Source: a virus (taxonomy: Duplodnaviria > Caudoviricetes). Taken from it: a stretch of DNA of 57,730 nt. A program made the translations under genes and the position numbers. The notes below the pieces were generated by a model that saw only the letters and a program-made list of their open reading frames with translations, ran no database searches and was not told where the DNA came from. This document shows, in pieces, positions 26,958 to 35,425 of the stretch. Location of the stretch: IMG/VR virus record IMGVR_UViG_3300032328_001114, positions 1-57,730 of that record. The stretch is one strand, 5' to 3'. Each line of letters opens with the position of its first letter. The first letter of the stretch is position 1.

Positions 26958-27013
26958 CTTTTTGAACTGACTATTTACAAATAAATACACAGTTCGGAAA
27001 ACTGAACACCTCA
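26946..27013. repeat. Iteron-like array B: two GTTC-N8-GAAC palindromes
   Basis: Cores at 26952-26967 and 26992-27007; outer arms TGAGGTGTTCA / TGAACACCTCA are inverted. Confidence 0.85.
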
Positions 27014-27135
27014 GATTCAATAATTGTCATTTATTGAACTGATGATGTCATCCAAATGCTTGGGCTTTTTCATAATTACCCAACCCAATTTGTTTATTTC
27101 AGCATCAGTGAGAGGCTGTTTTGCTTTAAATTCGT

Positions 27136-27507
27136 TTAGTACAGGCCTATAATCTGCGTCAAGCCAAACTTTATATTTTTTTCTCCCTTCTTTCGCCAGT
27201 CCACAAGTTCGTTAATATAACTTTGGTTGCCACCTGAACCGCTATTATAACAGCTATACATCGAGTATTTAATACTGTAGCTGAAATGAAACGTTTCAAA
27301 CACTACATAATCTCTGCCCTTCTTATAAAGGCCGCGCTCAGGTCGGTAAAGCTCGCCACTATTGACAAGGCGAGATAAGCAATCTTGCACGTGCTTTCTA
27401 CCGTTGTAGTAGTAAAACTTAGCAAATAGGCTATTCGCAGTCGCTGTGCTTATCTCGCCGTGCTCATGCACATGGTTTAATATTGCTTGTCTTGTTTGTT
27501 TACTCAT
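27136..27507 (-). CDS. wHTH-containing hypothetical protein (possible -1 extension to 27017)
   Basis: QAILNHVHEHGEIST...LSRLVNSGELYRPERGLY. Confidence 0.65.
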   Translation of the reverse strand: MSKQTRQAILNHVHEHGEISTATANSLFAKFYYYNGRKHVQDCLSRLVNSGELYRPERGLYKKGRDYVVFETFHFSYSIKYSMYSCYNSGSGGNQSYINELVDWRKKGEKNIKFGLTQIIGLY

Positions 27508-27836
27508 TTTAAGTCGCGTTTTGCTTCGTATTCCTCCTTGGTAATTCGGATTAAGTCAACACACTTTGCTCTAATCAATTCAGGAACACCATACTGGATA
27601 ATATAAACCATTTCGCCTAAAGTATCATCAGGGTAAATGCCGGACGAAGCAACACTATAAACCTTATTGCCAAACTTTTCAGGGTCTCGGTACTTTACGG
27701 GCCCAAAATGCGGGTCATCCTGCACTCGTTTCTTGTAGTCTTCAAATTTAAGATTTACTACACACGACAATGAGAGCTCTCCTCTCTTGGATACCGCTGT
27801 TACTTCTGTATCAAATATTTCGGTTTCGTCGTCCAT
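27504..27836 (-). CDS. Hypothetical protein
   Basis: 110 aa, ATGA coupling. Confidence 0.6.
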   Translation of the reverse strand: MDDETEIFDTEVTAVSKRGELSLSCVVNLKFEDYKKRVQDDPHFGPVKYRDPEKFGNKVYSVASSGIYPDDTLGEMVYIIQYGVPELIRAKCVDLIRITKEEYEAKRDLK

Positions 27837-28357
27837 TGGTTATAGCTTTCAGATGTTTTTGAAAATAAGTTGCACCATTCCATATAATCTGAGTAATCAA
27901 GTTCGTCCGATAGCCTTTTGGCCTCTGCGAAATCTCGGCTTATCTCATAGAATTGCTTGTAATTGTAATTGCTAAAATCAATAGGGCTTAAACTATGCCC
28001 AGGCACTATAAATTTAGTTTCTGCAAGCCCATTGTAATAGCCGTGTGGCTCAACTTCTACAATATATTCATCCTTTTTGCTTTCGCCAATCACCCGCACC
28101 CAGTCCGCGTTTAGCATAGATACTGGGTGTGAGTAATGCGATTTTTCAGCTGGGCGCTCCAAAATTTGATACACACCACATTCGATATTTAGCAGCATGC
28201 CTACTTTTATTGGTAGTAAATGAGAAAGCTCTTTAAAATCCCATTTGAAATAAAAGAACCACCATTGCTGCATATCCAAAACCGAATGCTGTAGTAGTCT
28301 TGGGTCCACATTATCGGGCTGCGCTGCCAATTCGAATATAGATAGTTGATGTCCCAT
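27800..28357 (-). CDS. Hypothetical protein
   Basis: 185 aa; N-terminal QLSIF resembles a beta-clamp-binding motif. Confidence 0.65.
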   Translation of the reverse strand: MGHQLSIFELAAQPDNVDPRLLQHSVLDMQQWWFFYFKWDFKELSHLLPIKVGMLLNIECGVYQILERPAEKSHYSHPVSMLNADWVRVIGESKKDEYIVEVEPHGYYNGLAETKFIVPGHSLSPIDFSNYNYKQFYEISRDFAEAKRLSDELDYSDYMEWCNLFSKTSESYNQWTTKPKYLIQK

Positions 28358-28358
28358 G

Positions 28359-29117
28359 CTATTTATCTTCAGTTATAAAGAAGATTGCATTTTTCAGCAA
28401 CTCATTAGGGACGTAAAAATATGCGCCCTTGACCGTATAACCCTCAAAGGCATCGCCTGTGCGCTCAGTATAAACAATAACGTCGGTCATTTCTTTTGCT
28501 TTAGAGCCAAGCAATGTTGAACCTATGAAATTTTCAAAAACAACATCAATGCTGATTGTAAACTTCATTGTTGGGTTTTCAATCTTTACCACCCCAGTTG
28601 CAGGTTTTACAGCCGCTTCTTTCTTCATTTCCTGATAAGTGAGCTCTATGCTTTGCTCTTTGTACTCCTTCCACAAATCGCCTTCTACAAATCTCATGTA
28701 GGCAGCCTGTAAGCTGATATCCTTTTCATCAGCAAAATCCATCAGGATATTACCAACAATCGTGCAGCGTTCTTCAGATGCAAAATTGGCAATTTTTGAA
28801 AATTTATCATTGTCGAGCTCTGGGAACCCATTTAGATAAGTTTTAAAACAACACTCCTCATTATCATACAGCAGTACATATCTCATTTTACCGCGAGCAT
28901 CAGATGTAAGGTGCCCTTTTTTGTGAAAATTACTCGCGCTCATGAATTCGGGTTTCAATTCCTCCTGAAAATTCACAGCTCCAAAAGCATCATCAAGAAT
29001 TTCAATCAGGTAAAAATCATCGTTAGAGCGAATTGGGCTTTTATAAACCTCGGACAAATTGACAATATGAATCATCAAGTTTTTAATGTCATATAATACA
29101 CAATATTTATCTTTCAT
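28359..29117 (-). CDS. Hypothetical protein
   Basis: 252 aa, coupled. Confidence 0.7.
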   Translation of the reverse strand: MKDKYCVLYDIKNLMIHIVNLSEVYKSPIRSNDDFYLIEILDDAFGAVNFQEELKPEFMSASNFHKKGHLTSDARGKMRYVLLYDNEECCFKTYLNGFPELDNDKFSKIANFASEERCTIVGNILMDFADEKDISLQAAYMRFVEGDLWKEYKEQSIELTYQEMKKEAAVKPATGVVKIENPTMKFTISIDVVFENFIGSTLLGSKAKEMTDVIVYTERTGDAFEGYTVKGAYFYVPNELLKNAIFFITEDK

Positions 29118-29806
29118 GGTACTTGTGGAGTTTTAAGGGTAATGTATTTTATTAAATTGTGCTTGATACAAAAGTCTATCAATTGCGATATCCAATATCT
29201 AAGGTCATGTTCAAGTCCTGCGTATCGCTCGAAACTGTATTCCTGGTAGAACACACCACCTGATTTTTTGATGTAAAATACATCGTAGTGGCATGATGTA
29301 GCGTCGTCGAGCATGTAAAGATAGCAGCGCCACTGCATAGAGCTCATATATCGCTCAATATCGGGTTGAGTGCCTGTTGTCTTGCACTCGCGTACTTGTA
29401 ATCCTAGTAAGCCATCAGCGCGGCCATTGAGTAGCACCTTATGCCCATTGACAACAATCTCCTTTTGAATTGGCACCTCATGCACCAAGTTTTTAAGGCG
29501 ATGTCGGTATTCAATAGCCGGTAATACTTCTTCTTTGTGAAATTCGAAAGCAATAAATTGTTTTTCTTCTTTCACAAAGATTCTGCAAATGTCGGTCAAT
29601 GAACCGTTCTTATCGAACTTCTTCGATACAAACGGCTCATGTCCGAACTCAATAATTTGATGATAAGCCGTTCCGCGTCCCATGCTTTTGTTGAATTTAC
29701 GCTTACCCTCGATGTGGGTAATCATGTCCTGCTCGGACATTTCACCATACACATCGAGCATGAAGATGCGGAACTGCTCTATCAAAGAGGGGGATATCCT
29801 AAGCAT
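29114..29806 (-). CDS. PD-(D/E)XK exonuclease (recombination module)
   Basis: RISPS, GTAYH, GRADG, ECKTT, QWRCY. Confidence 0.85.
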   Translation of the reverse strand: MLRISPSLIEQFRIFMLDVYGEMSEQDMITHIEGKRKFNKSMGRGTAYHQIIEFGHEPFVSKKFDKNGSLTDICRIFVKEEKQFIAFEFHKEEVLPAIEYRHRLKNLVHEVPIQKEIVVNGHKVLLNGRADGLLGLQVRECKTTGTQPDIERYMSSMQWRCYLYMLDDATSCHYDVFYIKKSGGVFYQEYSFERYAGLEHDLRYWISQLIDFCIKHNLIKYITLKTPQVP

Positions 29807-30962
29807 CCGCGTTTTCTTCTACTTTCGGTTGCTCAAAACATTTGTCAACCTTGTTGTAAGATAATCCGTTGGCGGTTGCAGCCTCAGCTACTGCCTTCCA
29901 CGTTTCGAGCTTGATTAAATCAGGCAGAGTTGAAATAATCGGTATAATGCCGTTGGCTAGGTCGCAGTCATGGAGCGAATCTTGGCACTCATCCAAAAAC
30001 AATTGTGCGAATTTCTTGCGGATTTCGCTGTTGATTGTTGCGCGACCAGTGGCACCAAGTATTTGACTTGTTGCTACCTTTTCAATAGTGAGAATCAAGT
30101 CGCTTGTACTTTTTGCGAATGTCACATCAGCCAAAAATGATTCTGTTGCTTCAATGGCTGCCTTTTGCTCTTGAGTCATTGCAGACATGCGTTTTTTGGC
30201 TTTGGCAATAACATCGGCCAAGAAAGTGACGTACTTGTCAGCTTCACGCTCGAAGTGCGGAACTTTCAGCGGTGCAAATCCGCCCGCATTCTTTCCAAAA
30301 TGAGAGTCTGTCGGGTTAAAGTCAAGAATGATATCATTACCACTCATATACAAGTAACCCATGAGGTCGGACTTCTCCATAAGAATCTCCAAAGAGCCAC
30401 CGGTCATTTTTGGACGAACACCTTTCTCGTCCTTTTCTTTCGCGTGACAGATAAAGATAATATCCAACTTTAGGCGGCGCAAGATACCAAGGAAAGAAGT
30501 AAATTCACTTTTAAGTGCACCGAAGCCCTGAAGATTCAGGCCGCCAGTAGCATTTTTTAACTTTGAGTTTCTATGCGTGATGTAAGGAGCCATCATGTCA
30601 TCAAGCAAAGTTCCGCCCGTGTCGATGACAATAGTTTTGCCACCTGAAGCTTTAAAGCTTTCGAGCATGCCCTTATTGACAGCCTCCATACATACCTCAT
30701 AGCCTGTTTTCATCAGCAAAGGTGCACCGCTTTCGCTTTCCTGGTACACATTCTCGAATGCTAGCGTAAGTTTGCGATTAACCGATCGTTGCACACCTCC
30801 GTCGAAGTCGAAAAGCAAAGGCTTATCAGCTGTGAAACTGAGAGAGGTCTTTCCTGCGCCTGGGTCTCCGTAGATACATACTACTACGTTTTCTACTTCT
30901 ACAGAGTCGGTTGGTTGGATGGCCTTCATGCCATCGCTCATGAATTCATTTAAGTCGAACAT
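29799..30962 (-). CDS. Sak4/AAA_24-like ATPase (single-strand annealing recombinase)
   Basis: IYGDPGAGKTSL, LLFDFDGG, IVIDT, FICH. Confidence 0.88.
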   Translation of the reverse strand: MFDLNEFMSDGMKAIQPTDSVEVENVVVCIYGDPGAGKTSLSFTADKPLLFDFDGGVQRSVNRKLTLAFENVYQESESGAPLLMKTGYEVCMEAVNKGMLESFKASGGKTIVIDTGGTLLDDMMAPYITHRNSKLKNATGGLNLQGFGALKSEFTSFLGILRRLKLDIIFICHAKEKDEKGVRPKMTGGSLEILMEKSDLMGYLYMSGNDIILDFNPTDSHFGKNAGGFAPLKVPHFEREADKYVTFLADVIAKAKKRMSAMTQEQKAAIEATESFLADVTFAKSTSDLILTIEKVATSQILGATGRATINSEIRKKFAQLFLDECQDSLHDCDLANGIIPIISTLPDLIKLETWKAVAEAATANGLSYNKVDKCFEQPKVEENADA

Positions 30963-30996
30963 TGTTGTTGTTGTTTTAATGTTTCAAAAATATATA

Positions 30997-31353
30997 CTAG
31001 ACTGTTGTTTGCATTGACTTTATTCCCTCCATCATCAGTGCGATAATCAAATCGCTTTTGCGCTCAGCTGATGTCCATTCTTGGATATCCAATATTTCAT
31101 CGTGCAGCTCGTTGGGAATCTTCAGCGGCTCAGGCACAATGTCTGCCTTTTCATAGCGCATGGGCAATGCCTTTTTATTGGACTTGAATTCTGCTATGCC
31201 AGCTCTAAGAAGCATAAGCAAACCTTCTACGCGCTTTACTCGGCGATTCTTGCCATCTTTAACTGTAGTTTGCAACCCTAGGAAGGATTTTATTTCCTTC
31301 TTTACGTAGAGTAGAATAAATGTGCCATCTGACACGGTTTTTTTAAATGCCAT
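30997..31353 (-). CDS. Possible tandem ribbon-helix-helix regulator
   Basis: LKIPNELHDEI...KSDLIIALMMEGI plus a similar N-terminal unit. Confidence 0.5.
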   Translation of the reverse strand: MAFKKTVSDGTFILLYVKKEIKSFLGLQTTVKDGKNRRVKRVEGLLMLLRAGIAEFKSNKKALPMRYEKADIVPEPLKIPNELHDEILDIQEWTSAERKSDLIIALMMEGIKSMQTTV

Positions 31354-31355
31354 TG

Positions 31356-31562
31356 TTATAAATCGGTTATGCCCCCATAATACAGGCGATGGGCTTCGGC
31401 GATGTCGCCTGCAAATCGCTTTTTAGCAATATCCAACGTCGTTTCTTCATCGGTTGAACTAATGAGGGCCGTAGACTCTGTTAAGTCCGAATTAAGTTGC
31501 AGCACGTAGGTATTTTTCTTAGTCTTTATGGTGACCTGTTTAGTATTAAGTTCTAATCTCAT
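31356..31562 (-). CDS. Hypothetical protein
   Basis: 68 aa. Confidence 0.6.
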   Translation of the reverse strand: MRLELNTKQVTIKTKKNTYVLQLNSDLTESTALISSTDEETTLDIAKKRFAGDIAEAHRLYYGGITDL

Positions 31563-31563
31563 G

Positions 31564-31594
31564 TAAAAGTACGTATTAAAATTTTAATATGCAA
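31564..31594 (-). promoter_or_regulatory. Early promoter with operator palindrome (31574-31589)
   Basis: TTG-N20-TACTTTTA (one mismatch to consensus); extra half-site at ~31598. Confidence 0.75.
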
Positions 31595-31613
31595 GTATAT
31601 TAAAATTTATTTT

Positions 31614-31650
31614 AAAAAAAGTTTGCCCGCCGCATCACCAGCGGGCAAAA
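31614..31650 (-). terminator. Intrinsic terminator
   Basis: TTTGCCCGC stem with a T7 run on the minus strand. Confidence 0.75.
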
Positions 31651-31653
31651 TAA

Positions 31654-32730
31654 TTACTTAGTCGCTTTTACGATTAAAATGTACTGAGTGATATTATACA
31701 CGCGAGCGGTGCAAACTGTGCCACCTTGAAAGTTTACAAAAACCGAGTCGGGATGGTGCTCAATATTTTCAACTTTGGTTTCCTTGCTGTCTTTGCAAAG
31801 GAAGATACTTTTAACAGTTTTGAGATACTCAGCAAGTTCCTCCAATGTTTCTACTTTTGGCACGTCCTCGAAGTGCTTCCAAAGCTCATTTACATCATAC
31901 TTTTTGCCTTCAATGATGACGCGGTCTTTGAAAAATCCCAACTCTTTGCTCAGGAATGTTTTTCCTTTCCCTGCGAAATAAAGTTCACCACTTTCAAAGC
32001 GTTGCGCCAAGGGTAGGAGTGCAGCTTGTAGCTCTTCAATTGTTTTGTATCCTTCAATCGCTGCGTTTTCCTCTTGACAGGCTTGAACCGTAAATTTTTG
32101 TTCACCCAGTAATCCAACTTGAAAAGGAATTTTGTAAACTTTCACACCTTTTTCCTTTTCAACCTTTGCCTTTGGTTCTGCCTTTGGCTTTTCGGTTTCA
32201 ATTTTAGGCGTTTCTAGAGGAATGATAGTTGCTTTCTCCTTTTTAGCCTTTGGTTCTTTAGCAACCTTTTCCTTTTCAGCTTTAGGGGCTTTTTCGGTTT
32301 TCTCTTTTACCACTTTGGCAGGTTTCTCCTTCTTTGGCTTGTCTTCCACGATTTGCATTGGTTCGGCATCAAAATTAGCCGATTTAATAAGTTGTTCAAT
32401 AACCAGTCCCGAACTAACAGCCGATTTGTCCGCCATTGCTTTAATGGCATCCCCAAGGGCAATAGTTGCAAGGCAAGCTTGCTCTAAGATGTGTAAGTTT
32501 GTTTGAAAGCCTACGCAATCGCCTGCAATATCGGCAAAAGTTTTTTCTAATGCCTTGCCTGCGTGCATTTTTTCTACCTGAATTTGATAGTCAAAATGCG
32601 CGCGGATTGAGTTAAGGAATTCAACCTGTGCAGGGCTGAATTTTCCAACTTTAGCAAATACAACTTGAGCGTTAGCTTCTAAAGTTTCTGTTGCGCTGTA
32701 AGCAGCCGCGAATGTGATTTCGTTTTTCAT
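31654..32730 (-). CDS. Hypothetical protein with a K/E/P/A-rich linker; monocistronic early gene
   Basis: 358 aa between its own promoter and terminator. Confidence 0.8.
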   Translation of the reverse strand: MKNEITFAAAYSATETLEANAQVVFAKVGKFSPAQVEFLNSIRAHFDYQIQVEKMHAGKALEKTFADIAGDCVGFQTNLHILEQACLATIALGDAIKAMADKSAVSSGLVIEQLIKSANFDAEPMQIVEDKPKKEKPAKVVKEKTEKAPKAEKEKVAKEPKAKKEKATIIPLETPKIETEKPKAEPKAKVEKEKGVKVYKIPFQVGLLGEQKFTVQACQEENAAIEGYKTIEELQAALLPLAQRFESGELYFAGKGKTFLSKELGFFKDRVIIEGKKYDVNELWKHFEDVPKVETLEELAEYLKTVKSIFLCKDSKETKVENIEHHPDSVFVNFQGGTVCTARVYNITQYILIVKATK

Positions 32731-32780
32731 AAAATGTTTTGTTGTTGTGTTTTAAAAAATGTTTCAATCTTAATTCCTTA

Positions 32781-32811
32781 CAAAGATACATATTAAAATT
32801 TTAATATGCAA
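32781..32811 (-). promoter_or_regulatory. Early promoter with operator palindrome (32791-32806)
   Basis: TTG-N20-TATCTTTG; 32750-32812 matches 14997-15059 at 61/63. Confidence 0.88.
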
Positions 32812-32844
32812 GGGGTTTAAAAAATATATTAAAATTATTTTTTG

Positions 32845-33474
32845 CTATAAATATCCCTCATCACCAAACGATAAATAGTTGTTTCCGCCAATAATAATAT
32901 GGTCCAAAACTTTCAAGTCTAGCAGTAGGGCAGCTTCAACAATTTTCTTTGTGAGCGCCAAATCTGATTCGGAGGGTGTAAGGTTGCCCGATGGGTGATT
33001 GTGGCAAAGCACAATAGCCGATACAGGCAAGTTATTAGACATGAGGCCCAACACCCGGCTAAATAAAACCTTTGTATCTACAACTGTTCCCGTTGTGCCT
33101 CCCTCGCTTATCAGGAGCGTTTTTAAGACCTCATTCTTTCTATCTAGTACAATGACGTGGAATTGTTCTACTTGAAGCCCACAGAGCGCAGGCAGGAGTA
33201 TCTGGGCGGCATCTCGCGAGCATCTAATAGGTTTCTTTTCTCGCTCTACAAAGTGGCAGGAAAAACAAAAGGCTGCCTGAAGTGCGGCAGCCTCTTTTCG
33301 AGATAGTTTTTTACGACCAGTTTTTGAAACGTTGCAGATGATGTCGGTTGTCATCTTGGAAGCGCATCTAATGTCAAAAGCGCAAGCCTGCAATATTTTT
33401 TCGGCGAATTCCTCAGCCGTTTTTATGTCCCTTCTGAATAATATTGAAATAATAATATTTTTTAAACTTAACAT
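32845..33474 (-). CDS. radC: RadC-like JAB domain protein
   Basis: E.F.V..LD..N, GGTTGTVVD, HNHPSGNLTPSESD, VLDHIIIG. Confidence 0.92.
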   Translation of the reverse strand: MLSLKNIIISILFRRDIKTAEEFAEKILQACAFDIRCASKMTTDIICNVSKTGRKKLSRKEAAALQAAFCFSCHFVEREKKPIRCSRDAAQILLPALCGLQVEQFHVIVLDRKNEVLKTLLISEGGTTGTVVDTKVLFSRVLGLMSNNLPVSAIVLCHNHPSGNLTPSESDLALTKKIVEAALLLDLKVLDHIIIGGNNYLSFGDEGYL

Positions 33475-33513
33475 AACTAATTGATTTTTATATTATTGTG
33501 TTAATTGATACCT

Positions 33514-33593
33514 CTAAGATAGATATTAAAATTTTAATATGCTAAACATTTATTGTTTTTTATTTGCTATATTAAAATTTTAATATACCTTTG
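33514..33593. promoter_or_regulatory. Divergent promoter pair, each with the operator palindrome (33524-33539 and 33570-33585)
   Basis: Leftward TATCTTAG variant; rightward TTG-N19-TACCTTTG with an ATG 4 nt downstream. Confidence 0.8.
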
Positions 33594-33597
33594 TATT

Positions 33598-33855
33598 ATG
33601 AAGCTAATTATAGTATCAAATATGGACGAATTGTTGCAGCCCTTGGAAGATGAGGGAGTAGAGCACAAACACTTGTACGCACTTAGGTTCGTGTGCAAGC
33701 TCGAAGCTTTCTGCAAAAAGATAAAGCAGGAAATAAAATACTATCCTGTTTTGGTCGAAATTCGCGTAGGTGATATTACAGCAAAGTTTCTAAATGTAGT
33801 AACCGACAACTACAAAGTTGTTTATCAATTCACAAGCGTAATCAAAAAGGTATGA
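33598..33855 (+). CDS. Hypothetical protein, probably leaderless
   Basis: ATG at 33598, 4 nt after TACCTTTG. Confidence 0.6.
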   Translation: MKLIIVSNMDELLQPLEDEGVEHKHLYALRFVCKLEAFCKKIKQEIKYYPVLVEIRVGDITAKFLNVVTDNYKVVYQFTSVIKKV

Positions 33856-34268
33856 AAAACATTTTAATCGAAGCGCTTCTGCTGCTTTCCATTGGAGCAA
33901 TGGCACAATGCGGCGACATGACCGCACAAAGAACTTATTTAACTGGCAGCTCTATTTCTTCAATCGAAGAAACTAGGGCGCTACCTGCTGACTTAAACCA
34001 TTATTTCAGCTTTTGCGGCGGAAAAATGGTAATCACTATCACCTTTACGGGTGAAGTGTACCGACGCGAGTACAGCCTGTACAAAATTGATAGCAGAACT
34101 GAGGGCTACAATTGTCTGAAGCTAGAAATTGTACGCTATGGGTGCAGAGAGTTCCCGGATATGTTTTTTGAAGTAGGGTTCGACCAATACGGTCAAATCC
34201 ATACAGTTTTGCAGTGGAATACAGTAGCAAAAGCAGCAAACCTTTATTTCTCAAATCGAAACGCCTAA
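33852..34268 (+). CDS. Secreted/periplasmic protein
   Basis: Signal peptide ending AMA-Q, typical of Bacteroidota. Confidence 0.7.
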   Translation: MKNILIEALLLLSIGAMAQCGDMTAQRTYLTGSSISSIEETRALPADLNHYFSFCGGKMVITITFTGEVYRREYSLYKIDSRTEGYNCLKLEIVRYGCREFPDMFFEVGFDQYGQIHTVLQWNTVAKAANLYFSNRNA

Positions 34269-34273
34269 CAACT

Positions 34274-34468
34274 ATGAAAAATAAGAAATTTCTCCTCCTT
34301 TGTTTCCTGGCATCGGTGATGATTGTTGCAGGTGGACTTTGGCAGATAGCAGATGAAAAGCTCAACCCAAAAACTAAAACCACTCGCCCCGCCTTTTGGC
34401 TTTCGCTGTCGGGTGTTGTGGTGCTTGGAGGGGCAATGTTTTCAAGCATTATATATAAGCTAAGATAA
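34274..34468 (+). CDS. Small two-TM membrane protein
   Basis: Start MKNKKF; two hydrophobic helices. Confidence 0.65.
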   Translation: MKNKKFLLLCFLASVMIVAGGLWQIADEKLNPKTKTTRPAFWLSLSGVVVLGGAMFSSIIYKLR

Positions 34469-34476
34469 TGCCCAAT

Positions 34477-34509
34477 AAAAAAGGCGCACCGTGGTTGGTG
34501 CGCCTTTTT
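34477..34509. terminator. Bidirectional terminator between early and late convergent units
   Basis: A6-GGCGCACC-gtggtt-GGTGCGCC-T5. Confidence 0.9.
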
Positions 34510-34516
34510 ATTTTTA

Positions 34517-35116
34517 TTAAGACTGCGGTTTTTCATCGCCTTCATCTTTGTTTTTTCTCTGCTCTCCTATAGCCTCAACCTGTGAGTTTATTATGTTCTT
34601 ATGCACATCTATAAACTTCTCTATAAATTTTGCAATCTGCCCAGGTATTAGGCCCATTAGTGACATGTGCTTTAGTGCACTTATAAAGTTTATTGCAAAG
34701 CATAAGAAGAAAACGAATTTTGCGAGGTAATTAAAAGCAATAGGGTTAAGTATTTCACCTACTCCGAGCGCTTCTATCATCTTACCAAGGCTATTCAGTA
34801 TAGCAAATAGTATAAGATAAGCAGCAAGGACAAAAATAAACCTAGTGGCTTTTTCTGTTACAAATCCTGTTTTTTTTCCTTTCTTTTTTGCACCTCTGTT
34901 GGATGCGGCAATCGCTGTAATAAAGTCGAGGGTGACCACAGCTCCAAAAAAAATGAGAGTCCACGACGGAGACCAAATCCATTTTTCTACAAATGGAACA
35001 AAAAATAAAAACATTGTCATCATAAGCGCTAGGTATATAGTGTTTGGTTTGACTTGATTTGATTTGAACATCTGCAAAAACAAATCTTCAAAGCGGTTGA
35101 ATCCTACGATATTCAT
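34517..35116 (-). CDS. Holin (phage holin 4-like)
   Basis: 3-4 TM helices, LDFITAIAAS and ISALKHM..MG patterns, charged C-terminus. Confidence 0.75.
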   Translation of the reverse strand: MNIVGFNRFEDLFLQMFKSNQVKPNTIYLALMMTMFLFFVPFVEKWIWSPSWTLIFFGAVVTLDFITAIAASNRGAKKKGKKTGFVTEKATRFIFVLAAYLILFAILNSLGKMIEALGVGEILNPIAFNYLAKFVFFLCFAINFISALKHMSLMGLIPGQIAKFIEKFIDVHKNIINSQVEAIGEQRKNKDEGDEKPQS

Positions 35117-35142
35117 TGTTAGATTGATTTTATGATTGTGAA

Positions 35143-35424
35143 CTAAAGTCTTTTTGAAAATCCCATCGTCATATAGTACTCTAAGCTTTCAGCCGCAGAA
35201 AGTTCTACAGATTCATGGACAAAGATAATTGAGCCTGCTAATATATGAGTTTTAAGCTCAGCACAACTAAAAATGCGGGGCATATTATTATAAGTAGCCA
35301 AATTTACGGATTCTCCAGCCGCAATTATTGGAATACCATCAAGATTTTCAGATACAACTGTGCAAGTGTAGTATTCAATATCATCGGCAGTGATATTCTT
35401 TATAATGTGATCTGGATTATACAT
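35143..35424 (-). CDS. Hypothetical protein (virion region)
   Basis: 93 aa. Confidence 0.6.
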   Translation of the reverse strand: MYNPDHIIKNITADDIEYYTCTVVSENLDGIPIIAAGESVNLATYNNMPRIFSCAELKTHILAGSIIFVHESVELSAAESLEYYMTMGFSKRL

Positions 35425-35425
35425 A

